Shown here: piece after piece, positions 26,520 through 39,128 of the stretch | Layout: every line of letters starts with the position of its first letter | How positions within the stretch are numbered: the first letter of the stretch is position 1 | Source of the DNA: the human T2T-CHM13v2.0 reference genome, Homo sapiens | Length of the DNA stretch: 64,000 nt | Strand: one strand, 5' to 3' | NCBI RefSeq assembly: GCF_009914755.1 | Contig: NC_060928.1 | Made by a program: the position numbers and the translations under genes | The notes under the pieces: model-generated | What the model saw: the letters and a program-made list of their open reading frames with translations, nothing else | Told to the model about the DNA's origin: nothing | Database searches by the model: none

Positions 26520-27815
26520 ACTGCAAAACCTTTAGAAAAGCTTGTCTGTTCTTTGCCTAGCCCTTCCCTTGGCCTAACTCTCACTCCCTCAACCCTCAGC
26601 AGTCAGGTACTCATGAAACTATTTTCACACTAGTGCCTTCCTTATTGCCTAATCAAATGGTCTCTTGACGCTCTTGCTAACTCCTCTTTGTTTGACACGA
26701 CTGAACATGCCTCTCCTAATAAGACTTTGTTCGGCCTGGCCATCTCCTACCTCTCATTCCTTCCCCAGCATCTTGGCTGACTCCTTAGTGCTGCCTTCCC
26801 TTTATGCAGGGCTCTATCCTGGCTGCCTTCTCACCACGTTCTATGTGTTATCCCTGGGCAGTTTTGTCTACTCCAAAGTAGTAGCACCCACACACTTCTG
26901 ACTCCCAAATCTGTATCCTATGGCCATACTTCTCTCCAGAGATCTTGTTTAATCTATGTATCCACCTACTTAACATCCCAACTTGAAAAGCCATAGACTC
27001 CTGAAACTCAACATGTCCGAGAGTGAACTCATTTGTTCCTCCTGTAAAACCTGCTTTTTCTCCTACCTTCCCCATTCCTATGAAGGGTTTCACTCTTTGC
27101 CCAGAGTCATCCCTGGTTCCATTTTATTCTTCTTCCCACTTCTGCCACCACCACTACATCCAGTTGGTCACCAAAAATATCTTTAACTTTTTTACGTGCT
27201 CCTCCATCTTGTTTTCCATTACCTTAATCTGGCCCCTTTTCATCTTTTCCCTGGACTACTAAGTGACCTTTTAATTGGTCTCTGCTCCACAGTTGCTTTG
27301 GATCACATCATTCCCCTTCTTGAATGTCCCTCATGGCTATTGATTACCTACAGAATAAAGTCTGAGCTCCCCACATGGCACAGGAGGCCCTTCACAACCC
27401 GGGCCCCACAAGCTCCCAGTGTGGATTTGACCTCTACCCGTAGAGAGGTATAAGTCCTATATTCTAGTTGAGCTGGACTATTTAAATCTCATCTTTGTTC
27501 ATGCTGCTTCCTTTGCCTGCCCTCTTGGTACCCACATGCCTACCCCTGTAGATCTAACAAACTCTGACTCCTCATGGTACTGCTTAGGAGCTACTCATTC
27601 TCTCACATTCCCTACCCCAAGTAGATGAATTTCTCACCTTTAGTGCATGATCCTTTTCCAACACATCACACAGAATTATGAAAGTTTATTGAGGTCTGTT
27701 TCCTCCTTACCAGGCTCTGTGTTCTATTAGGGAGGGGACTGCATTTCATTCATTGCTGTGTTTTGGAATGTCCACATGGAACTTGAGACTAAATGTTCAA
27801 TAAATACCTGTTGAA
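26520..27815 (+). mobile_element. L2 remnant
   Basis: ctgactcccaaatctgtatc...aaactcaacatgtcc...tcaataaatacctgttgaa 3' end. Confidence 0.65.
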
Positions 27816-27964
27816 GTGGATTCAAGCCTAGAATTCTCCCATCCCCATTTACAGAATTTCCTACTGCCCTACGGCTCTTTGTCACCTTTTCCAAATTTAC
27901 ATGAGAGTTATAGGCAATGAAGAGATTGCTTTATGTATTCTAGAAGAAAAATATACATAGCCAT

Positions 27965-28197
27965 CATTTCTTGAGTTCTTACTAAGTGCTGCTTTTGTAA
28001 TACATACATATTAATTCATTTAATCCTTATAACAACCTTATGAGGTAGGCTTCATCTTTATCATCATCCTCACCTTAGAGAGGAGGTAACTGAGACAGAG
28101 TAGTTAAGTAACTTGCCAAAGGTCACAAAGCTAGGAAGTAGAAGAGCCAGGATTTGAATCCAGGCAAGTTAGCTACAGAGTAGACATTCTTAACCAT
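27965..28197 (-). mobile_element. MIR
   Basis: taatccttataacaaccttatgaggtagg...gttaagtaacttgccaaaggtcaca...ggatttgaatccaggca. Confidence 0.85.
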
Positions 28198-29672
28198 CAT
28201 CCCACACTTTTTCCATTTGTAGTGTGCTGTCCCAGCCTACCCTTTTGTCTTCCTTATTTGGTAGCAACAACACATGTGTTTTCAGGAACAGATAAATTTA
28301 TGTCAGTACGTTTAAATCTATTTGGCTATGTAAATATGGGAATGTTTTATTGATATAATTTTTATACATAATTTGTAATTTTAAAATAGTTAAATAAAAT
28401 ATGTATTGCTTTTGACTTTCTCAAAGAAGTGTAGAAGTTTTGAGTCAAAAGGGACTTTGAATTGGAGAGATGACTACTTACCCAAGGTAATAAATGTAAA
28501 TTTTAAATAGGAATAATTATGGAATATAAGCCAAGAGAGTTAAAATTCTTAACTAATCCAAATAAGTGTAACTTACAATATAACTGTTAGATAAAATTGT
28601 AAGCAAAAACTTTATTGAATGCCCACTGTGAACTCAGAACACATTCTTATGAATATGTTGCCTTACTCAAGGAAGATCCATTTCTAGATAATATTGCTAA
28701 AATGAGTTATATAAAGTCACATTTTTGGTAAAGCACATAATTAAAATAGCTTCTTGACAATTAATCTTTCTTTTGTAATATCAGTAATTACTCTTTATTC
28801 TTCTTGAATTTGGTTTTCTGAAAAAAGAATAAACCTCTGCTAGACATTTTACATTGGAGGATTCATAAACGAGTAGAGAGAAATCTTCAAGATTTCTATA
28901 ATTTCACCTATAAAGCAAAATACTTGGTTAAATTATAATTAAGCACCACGTACTTTTTTTAAAAAAGATGAAAAATAGAAGAATTGTTATTTGGAAACCA
29001 AATGGTGCAGCCCTAAAAGACATACAAGAAAATCCAGTCCCTTTCAAAAGAAATAAAAACAAATGTAAGAGGAGACATAATTTAAGGAAACAGAAAGAGA
29101 GTTTGGACTTTGTCATCTTATACTGGACTTGGCAGTGAGATGTGAGAATGACCATCTACAGCTATCACTAGATTGAATTCCAGGAAGGTTCAGAAGCTGA
29201 ATTGACGATGAGAGTCACCAGCAGGGGAGTAATGGATAGTATCTATTGCTTTTTCTGTGATGAGTGGACCAGGGCACAAAGAGTTCAACTGATTTGCTTA
29301 GAATCATGAAGTAGGTTGTGCCAATATTCTGGGTGACACAGGACTAAAAGGAGGAAATCTAATAACAATCTAGAGGATTTCTAAGTCTGGCTAAACCTTT
29401 GGACCTGGTTCCAGGGCCATCCTCTACAGACCCCTCTATAGGTAAGGACCTGCTGAGTGTGGCCTGGCACCCTGAGGTTCACAGCATTATTGGTTTGGTT
29501 ACTTGCTCTTCTGCAGGAGGCAGGTCACAGTTGGATAAAACTCATGATCTAAGAGACCCCAGGTCACTCTCCCTGCTGATTGTGACCCTGATTTCCTAGG
29601 TTCTAAGGTATTCAGGGATGATTTTTGAGATGCCATTTGGCCTCTGACAATTAGACCCATCATAATAATATC

Positions 29673-30028
29673 TGATATGGTTTGGCTGTGTCCCCACCCA
29701 AATCTAATCTTGAATTCCCAAGTGTTGTGGGAGGGACACAGTGGGAGGTAATTGAATCATGGGGGCAAGTCGTTCCCATGTTGTTCTTGTGATAGTGAAT
29801 AAGTCTCACGAGATCTGATGGTTTTAAAAACAGGAGTTCTGCTGCACAAGTTCTCTGTCTTTGCCTGCTGTCATTCATGTAAGACATGACTTGCTCCTCC
29901 TTGCCTTCCACCATGATTGTGAGGCTTCCCCAGATATGTGGAACTGTAAGTCCAATTAAATCTCTTCCTTTGTAAATTGCCTAGTCTTGGGTATGTCTTT
30001 ATCAAACATGCGAAAACGGACTAATACA
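29673..30028 (+). mobile_element. THE1B-like solo LTR
   Basis: TGATATGGTTTGGCTGTGTCCCCACCCAAATC...GAAAACGGACTAATACA; TSD atatc/atgtc. Confidence 0.95.
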
Positions 30029-30305
30029 ATGTCCTTAGAGGATATCACAGAAAAAAACTAGAGCCCTCCCTTCCGGATTCCAACACCCTAGAATTAAATG
30101 AGATAAAAGAATGACAGATGCAAAAGAACAAGTGTAATGTATGTTACAACATGAAATAATTATGACCAAAGGGCAAATATTCTAGATTATTCTTTTTGAA
30201 AGTTAAACTAGGTGAACTTTAAAAATGCCTGTGATTTCTGGTTTAAACTGCTATGTAGATTAAAAACTTTATAGGTTTTTAATTTATCTTTAAAGAAAAA
30301 GGTTG

Positions 30306-30706
<401 letters not shown>

Positions 30707-30974
30707 CTACGTAATCTGACTTAAAGGCAAGTCACTGTAGAGGGAAACCAGGATAAAAATAAGTGTACTTAAGTCAAGTGTGTAGTTTGTACCTACAGAG
30801 GCAAACACAGGCAGCTTGGTTCTTAAGAGAGCTGCCCACTTGGAGTTCTCCCAATTAAGAAGTTGGAGACAAAAATCCATTTTTTTTTCTATAGTTGTAT
30901 GAGACTTTTAGGTATGAATCAGCTTCAGTTGAACTACATTGAATTTTTAGCATGGTGTGAGATAAGAGTATATT

Positions 30975-31185
30975 TATAACACTGTAGGATGACTATAGTT
31001 AATAATATTATGTAGTTTCAAATAGCTAGAAGGAGGATGTTGAGTGTTCTCAACACAAATAAATGATAAATGTTTGAGATGATGGATATGCTAATTACCC
31101 TGATCTGATCACTATGCATGATATGTATCAAAACATCACTATGTACCCCATGATACTGTACAATTGTTACTTTGAACTAAAAAAT
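30975..31185 (+). mobile_element. L1MA 3' end fragment
   Basis: aaatgataaatgtttgagatgatggatatgctaattaccctgat...acatcactatgtacccca. Confidence 0.85.
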
Positions 31186-33904
31186 TTTTAAACATTTGAA
31201 AAAGTAAATGTAACTACAAAAGACCAGAATGGTACACTGACCTTTCAGATTAACTTTAGATATTAGACATTGTATTTTCAAAAAACATATCAACAATAAG
31301 TATTGCTACAAATCATTGATGAGATAGTGTGCCTATGTCACTTAAAATTTCTCTGCAATTGAAGATACATTATTAAAGGAGCCATTGATTTTCAACACCA
31401 ATTGCTGCCAAACTCCTGCTCAATCTCTTCTTGTTTTGCTATGGAATTACTCCTTTACTGCAGTATGAATGACTTCTTTTTTCCTTTTAAAACAGTTATT
31501 ATGGATCCTATTAGGTTTTCTAAGTACTAGACAGTGATTGATCTTCTTTTTCTTATAATTACTCCCCTGAAAATTGACTAGCAGTTAAGACACTCTGAAG
31601 GGCCTGAGTAATTTGATTTTTGTAGGCCCGGTGCTCCATGAACCCTTGGAGGGGTTTAGAGAGCATCTCATTCCAGTCTAGCACAGGCAGGACACTATAC
31701 ACATGAGGGCTCTGAGGCCTCAAGAGGGTCAGCAATCTCACAGAGCATCAGATATGAGTATTTAAAGCAAAGCATGACATTAAAAGTTATTTGTCTTCAT
31801 GTCTCTAAAATGTCTACCTATTTAGGATTTTTGAAATATAATAGCAACATTCATTGCTGCTGTGGTAGTTGGTAGTACTGATGCTTCTCAATGCTGGTCT
31901 GTTTGATGATAGCAATACCCAATTTCTCAGTACATTTCCTATATGAATACAGTGGCACTGCAGCTTTCTTCTGAATTTCTGAATACGTAGCCAAAGGCTA
32001 TAGTCATATTTCCTTTTGTTAACAATCCTGGGTCATCCAATATTCATATCTATTATTGTCTCATAATAATAAATTAGGATCTAAAGCAAACAAGATTAAC
32101 TTATAAAGTAGCTGCTATATTTCTTCCAAGTGACTCAGAAGTAACATGCCTTGCTGTTTATTGTTTCTATTTAAAAGTGGAATATGCTTTATGTTTTGTG
32201 GGCATATCAAATGTTTTACTCATTTCTTGATATCATTTTATCATTTCTGAAATAGACATTTGGGGTGTTTTCTGCTTTGTGAGAGGCATTTTTGAACAAA
32301 TGCCAGGTTTTAGTCTTTGTTTTTATGATTATAAACCACTTCATTGGTGAACAGCCAGAGGAGCTGAGCTCTCAGAAAGCTCCCAAATCTCCTGAGTGTG
32401 AGTCTCTGTGTGCTGGCTGCATACTGACTGTGTCCATTTTACTCAACTCCAAAACACTTGCCTGCTTCCTGCTCACCCCTGTGGCTCTGTGCCAGTCCTC
32501 AGAACGTGTTTGTGAGTAAAGGTATGTCCTTTGTCTACACTGCATTCTTGGATGACTGTGCTGTCAAACGAGAAATGGAAAAGCCCCTCTGCCTTACTTT
32601 GTTTCTCTGAATAATACAAATATTGCAGATGATGCATCACATTATGAATTTTCATAGAATACTGCAATGTATTTGATTCTGTTTAATTCTCAAAATAGCC
32701 CTCTGGATATTATTTCCATTTTAGAAAGACGGAATTGAGGCTCAGAGGTGGCAAGTGACTTGTCTGAGATTATTTTGTTGTAAATGGCACTTCCAGGCCC
32801 TTAACTCAGGATTTCTGCCTTTCTGCCTCCTACCTCTGCATCACAGCTGCCTCAACCTGTTGTTAATTTTATATTAAGCTGTATTAATTGGGGCTAGGAG
32901 TCTTCATAATGCTAAATGTAAATTCTTTGTTTTGTTCAATGTTCTTATTTTATGGTTGGCAAACAAAAACAACAAAACAGCATTGACAACAACAACAGAA
33001 ACAACCAACTGAAGCTGCAGCTTTTAATCTTTCTAAAGACAATAGGCTAAAGTGAGGTCCTCATAATAAGATGCTAGTCACCAGGAAGGAAGCCAGGGAA
33101 AATCTCCTCCCAGGGGGTAATTGATCCCTATTGGCCTAACACTGCATGTAGCACTGAGTTAGGAGGCTCCATGGAGAAGTGTCTGCTTCTTTTCCTCTGC
33201 TGTCAGAACAAAGTTCACAAACAACTTTGTTTTCCCCACACCTTTGGAGTTAGCTAGTTAGGGCCCCTATTTATGTCCAGGGGACCAGACCTGGACATTT
33301 GTAAAAGAACTGAATATAGATGGATAGCTAAGAAAAAAACAAATGTTAAGATTATCATTATTTATAGCCCAATGATTTAGTAATCTAAAAAAATCCAAGA
33401 ACAACAAAATAATCCCTAAGAAGGACAAGAATTTTAAAACATGCAGTTTAGAAAACCAAATTTCTCAGGCCTAGAGCTCAAGTAAAAGAAAATCTGAGAT
33501 AATGAAGTCTGGAACACTGGGCCTGCATTCTGCTCCTGACTCTGTGCCCTTGGGTAAGACATTGAACTTCCCCACCCCAGATTCATCCTACACCCTAAGG
33601 AGGGTGTAGGATTTTGTAGCCTTCCTAGTGATGGCATACTATTAATCAGAACCTTAACCAGCTCTATTCTCACTATCCCAGTAAAATGATGTTAAAAATT
33701 AGACCTCGTGACATGAGAGAAGAGGGGAAATTAATTACAGATTACAAAGAAATTGTGGGATCTAAGTTTAGGGTGAGGTGTTTTATTGAACCTCTAGGGT
33801 TGGTCATAGCACCTGCCATATAGCAGGTATTCAATAAATGATGTGTAATGGGTGGTTAGACTGATGGAAAGGCAGGCCTTCCCAGTGACGGTAAAGGACC
33901 TGGG

Positions 33905-34100
33905 GCAAAAGAGACCTGTGGTTGAGTCCTGATCCCTACACATTAGCACACTGACTAGACGAAGTTATAAGCTTCAATTTCTTCCTGTGTAAAATGGAGA
34001 TAATACCTCATAGGGTTATGAGGATTAAATAAGAAAATGCTTAGTTCAGTGCCTAATACACAGGAAGCACACCGTAAATATTAGTTATTATTATTACTAA
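33905..34100 (+). mobile_element. MIR
   Basis: tgtaaaatggagataatacctcatagggttatgaggattaaat...taaatattagttattatt. Confidence 0.8.
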
Positions 34101-34329
34101 TACTGTGATCATATCTTCCATCCAAAGACTTCTCTGAGGAGCAGGGGGCATCCAGAGATAAAAAGCCTGCAGGTGGGAAATCTGTTAGCCTTCTAGGGCG
34201 TTAGGTTTCTGTGGAACTCTGCACCTCTTCCCTGTCCTAGTTCTTAAGAACAGAAACTCTCCAGGGACCTCTGGTGAGGTAGCCGTGGGAAGATGAGGTG
34301 CAGAAGTAAGCTGGGACCTGTGAGCCTCA

Positions 34330-34830
34330 ATTTCGGCCTCTTCTGCGCTGAGACCCAAGCGGATCTTGCTTGGCCTGTATGCGTTACTGGGGGAAATGGA
34401 CGTGGGCCTGAGCGCGGCAGGTGCGAGGGCGCTGCCCCGGGGCCGACCACCCTGCGGGGACACTGTAGCTGTCATTCCTTCTTCTGCAGGCGGGTAGGGG
34501 AAGCGGTGGCCAAAGTGGGAGTCGACCGCTCAGCACAGTCTGTCTGAGTGTTGACCAGGAAAGTCCAGGCTCTTTCTAAATCTCGCCGCCAGACCTGGTG
34601 ACGCATTCGCATGTATTTAAGGCGTTTGCACGCAGAACGTTATCACAGAATGTAGCCACCTTTCTTAACGGTCCGGGAAACCAGAGGTCTCTCCAGCTAC
34701 TCAGGGTAGAGGAATTTCTCCTATCTCCATGTGACATCTTCTGATTTAGAAGAACTAATGTTAGATTTCTCTTGGGCCTTTCCACCTACAGCTATAGTCT
34801 TCCCTTTGTTTAGCTAAAATTGAGGCAGGT
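34330..34830 (+). promoter_or_regulatory. CpG-rich candidate alternative LRAT promoter and first exon
   Basis: CpG cluster; CRE-like TGACGCA 34599-34605; TATTTAA 34614-34620; donor CAG|gtagga at 34828/9. Confidence 0.6.
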
Positions 34831-35959
34831 AGGAAAATATTATTGGGGGCATAAGCCTATTAGTGTGTAAACGTATTTTTATGAAGTGTGCCTCCAGGGA
34901 GCCATTAAAAACTGACCTCTCAACCACAGAAATAGATGAGATTTTGAGAACATTGAGAAGCTGCCTTTTGCAAAGTAAATTTGCAATGGTCCTTGACGAA
35001 GGGGGGTCGGGGGCGGGGAGAAGTCCAGCCGAGAGAGGAGCTCATTCCACGCTATATTTTTGCAGTTGAAAAGCTGCCTAATCATCGCTAACCGCTTCCC
35101 GCATAAGAGTTCTGGGAAGACTTCAGAAACAAGGCAAATGAAGACTTTTCACTGCCTCCTTCGGGCTGTCGCTTCCGGAAGCCGAAGTCCTAGCACGCAG
35201 AGCAGCAGGAGAGGGTTACTTTCAGGCAATTCCACTGAGCAAAATAAATCACTTAATGGCATAACGTTCTGGCTTAAAAAATTGGAATTTATCAGAGGCA
35301 AAAATATCCTTCAAGAAACTATGGACACTCCGCGCCCTATTCATTTCCATGGCAGCAGAGTATCTGCATCTTGAGCCACCTATACAGATTCATGCCTCGT
35401 ATCGCTCTCACCTCCTTTCTTTTTGAAGTAAAGCCCTTTCCCAAGAAGGCGGCCAGAAAGTGGACCCCACCGGGGGAAAAAGAAAAATGAAACGCAAATC
35501 AGCTTGGCACTGCTTGCGTCTTCCAAAACGCGGTGGGACAAGGCTATTGAGTCTATAGCTAATTCTTTCATGTATATAAAATGTATACATATGTATATAT
35601 TTTTATATACATAAAAGAATTCATATATATGTATATAGCTATGTGGAGCCCTGAAGCAATTCTCCATGCTTTTGTCTCCCTCAAGTTCCCCAGGTGGAGG
35701 CAGTCATAAGCATTATAAGCCGCCTTAGTGACCACCAGGGACGGAAACCGTTAATTATCACGTTTCCTTTCATCTCCAGGGGCCCTTTGGCCCGTGACAC
35801 AAGAGGCTTCGGTATTGGCGCTTTCCCAGAACTGGCCCAGAGGAGCCAGTTCAGAGTGTGAGGTCGGGTCTGCATTGAACGTACACACCGAGGTCTATCA
35901 GACTCCCCCGATTTTAGCGAAGGGTGCTGACTGCTGTGCTGCTAGAGGCTAGCAAGCTC

Positions 35960-36980
35960 CCTGTGCGCAGCTGATGAGTTTCAGCAACTCGCCACCTGGG
36001 CGCTTTTCTTTAAATTTTGGGAGTAAACTGGGAAAATAAAAAAATCTCCACGTCCACTGGCTCTCTCCCCTTCTCCAACTTCCTCTTTCGACTCGTTTGT
36101 GGGAGTTTTCTCCTCTTTGCTGGGACTATAATGTGATGCGCAATCGTTTGTGAATGAACAAAAGTCACCGGCAAGCAGGGAGACGGGGACAGATCGCTGA
36201 CGGCAGATTGAGGGTGGCAGCAAAGGCCCGGCCTCCAAGGATAATGGGGAGCCGTTTTCCCTCACGCCTGGTCTCTATGGCCCCCTTCGTCTTCCAGGTA
36301 AAATGAATGTTCCTTCATCCATCATCCGCAGAGTACCCTCAGGCGTGCGTAGAATCTGCTGATGAAACCTATTAGCGCCGACTGGGCAGCTTTGTGGAGC
36401 CACCCGAGGCTCTCCATTGTGGCCTTTGTCTGCAGAATTTAAGCATTTACATAATGCATTAGCACGGAACTCAGCACCCGGTGGGGACATCGCGTGCCAA
36501 GCCTGGCGCGGCCAACGCTTCAGCGGCTCCCTCACCCGGCAGCTCCCTAGGACCACCCTCGAGGAGGCATTGGAGTCGGGCTGCAGGCGCACGGGCAAAG
36601 AACTTAGCATCTCATCCAAGTACTTCGCCTTCCTTGGCCGTCTCCGGGAGGTTATGCTTAAAAACATAAAAATAAAAATAAAAATAAAAATAAAGGGAGG
36701 CGGACAAAGTTTCGGTGGGTGAACTGAAGCTGGGTCCATGTGACCCTGAAGCCGGAGAAATAAACTTAACATGAATCTTGCTTTCCTGGCGGGCGTTGGG
36801 ACCCCGCCGTTTTTCATGCCAACCGTTGGAAGCTTCGTACTCAACGGCCACAGGTGCCTAGGAGCGCAGAGAGGCCTCGGGTTCAAATCACCGGCGCGCA
36901 GGGACTGGACTCGCGGGTAGCGACCCCCCCAACCCCCCCCCCCCCCGCCCTACACACACACCCTCGCGCCGGCTGAAAGC
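35960..36980. promoter_or_regulatory. Upstream CpG-rich segment
   Basis: Many retained CpGs outside repeats. Confidence 0.7.
36661..36693. repeat. (AAAATA)n
   Basis: Direct reading. Confidence 0.9.
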
Positions 36981-37011
36981 ATGGAGGATTCAGGGCATTT
37001 GAAAAAAGAGG

Positions 37012-37325
37012 GGCTGGGCGCGGTGGCTCACGCCTGTAATCCCAGCGGTTTGGGAGGTCCAGAAGGGCGGATCACTTGAGGTCAGGAGTTCGAGACCAGC
37101 CTGGCCAACACCAGCCTGGCCAACATGGTGAGACCCCGTGTCTACTAAAAATACAAAAATTAGCCAGGCGTGGTGCCTGTAATATCAGCTACTTGGGAGG
37201 CTGAGGCACGAGAATCGCTTGAACCTGGGAGGCGGAGGTTGCAGTGAGCCCAGATCGCGCCACCGCCCTCCTGCTCTGGGTGATAGAGCAAGGCACTGTC
37301 TCAAAACAAAACAAAACAAAACGAA
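37012..37325 (+). mobile_element. AluS with internal 15-bp duplication and (AAAAC)n tail
   Basis: Alu dimer; accagcctggccaac twice at 37095-37124. Confidence 0.95.
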
Positions 37326-37589
37326 AGATTCGGTCAGGAAAGAATCTGCAGGCATTCGAGGCGCTCGCACTTTGCAAAGTAAATGCAATCTCTTTATTAA
37401 GCCGAAGTCCCTCATATCTATCCTTTTAGAGGAAGGTGGTCCAACTCAGAAATCTCTCCCAAGAGGACTTTCCACCGAAGACTACCGCGAAGTGCCAGGA
37501 ACTCGCCCCAGTCCCGACAGGTGCAGGACCTTTCGTGCCGCCACACCTTGGGACTCTACCTCCCTAAATAGGCCACTTAAAAGCCAGTA

Positions 37590-37790
37590 GTGCAACCGGG
37601 ATCCCGCGGCGATAAAGAATCACTGTGCAGAACCCTGGAGCTGGGAGTCGGCCCGCCCCCCTCCCAAAGAAACCGGGATCCCGCGTCCTCCCCGCCGCTA
37701 GCGCAGCGCGCCAGCGGCGCCCAATCAGTGAGCTTTCCGGGTCTGTGACGGCCTTCGGCTCCGCCCCCTCGACGGCCATAAAAAGTCGCA
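37590..37790 (+). promoter_or_regulatory. LRAT proximal promoter
   Basis: GATAA 37611-37615; GC boxes cccgcccc ~37652 and ccgcccc 37761; CCAAT 37721-37725; TATA-like CATAAAAAG 37777-37785, in canonical order. Confidence 0.85.
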
Positions 37791-37809
37791 GCGAAGCCTG
37801 CACCTCCGA

Positions 37810-38030
37810 GCACCGCGCGCGGCCCTGCCCCCGGCACGGCCCCCAGGTGCGCTCCTTCTCCGGCTGCTTGTAGCACTGGTCTCACTGTCCCCGCCGTCAG
37901 CCACCGGTTCCTTATCCGTCTCATTCCCCATTGTGGCTTGGCTGAGCCGGTCGCCAGGCCTCGCTGTCCTCCTTTGCCTTCCTCTCTCCTCAGCGGCCGT
38001 ACTTTGCGCCGTACCTCACCTGGCCTGCAG
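37810..38030 (+). other. LRAT: LRAT non-coding exon 1 (5' end approximate)
   Basis: Strong donor CAG|gtgagc at 38030/1, then a 103-nt intron to 38133. Start inferred ~30 nt after the TATA-like box. No ATG seen in the exon. Confidence 0.8.
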
Positions 38031-38068
38031 GTGAGCAGCAGCGCAGCACCCCTGCCCGGCGAGCTTAA

Positions 38069-38677
<609 letters not shown>

Positions 38678-38812
38678 TGATGTGTGACTCCCAGGGGAAG
38701 TGGGCTCCGCGGAGATGCCCCCTCCCATCCCTGACCTTTTCTCTTCCCCGCGAGTAGGGATCTAATTCCTGGACACCTCCCCTACCACTTCCATACCATC
38801 CTTTTTCTTTTT

Positions 38813-38814
<2 letters not shown>

Positions 38815-38845
<31 letters not shown>

Positions 38846-39128
38846 AGACGGAGTCTCGCTCTGTTGCTCAGGCTGGAGTGCAGTGGCGCGATCTCCACTC
38901 ACTGCAAACTCCGCCTCCAGAGTTCACGCCATTCTCCTGCCTCAGCCTCCTGAGTAGCTGGGACTACAGGCACCCGCCACCACGCCCGGCTAATTTATTT
39001 TTGTATTTTTAGTAGAGATGGGGTTTCACCGTATTAGCAAGGATGGTCCCGATCTCCTGACCTCGTGATCCTCCCGCCTCAGCATCCCAAAGTGCTGGGA
39101 TTACAGGCGTGAGCCACCGTGCCCGGCC
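38815..39128 (-). mobile_element. AluY, antisense in LRAT intron 2
   Basis: T30 tract then gagacggagtctcgct...gcccggcc; TSD ttccata(c/a)cat(c/t)ctt. Confidence 0.96.

Noticed and set aside
35988-36003. CTCF-like motif (minus strand GCCCAGGTGGCG)
   Set aside because: Mismatched at the 5' core; not supportable without ChIP data.
36275-36886. 203-aa minus-strand ORF
   Set aside because: Stop-poor GC-rich DNA, reads through the (AAAATA)n repeat as FIFIFIF, and has no recognisable domain.
38815-39128. Exonisation of the antisense intronic AluY
   Set aside because: The acceptor is present, but the usual right-arm donor position reads CAG|GC; no evidence of use.
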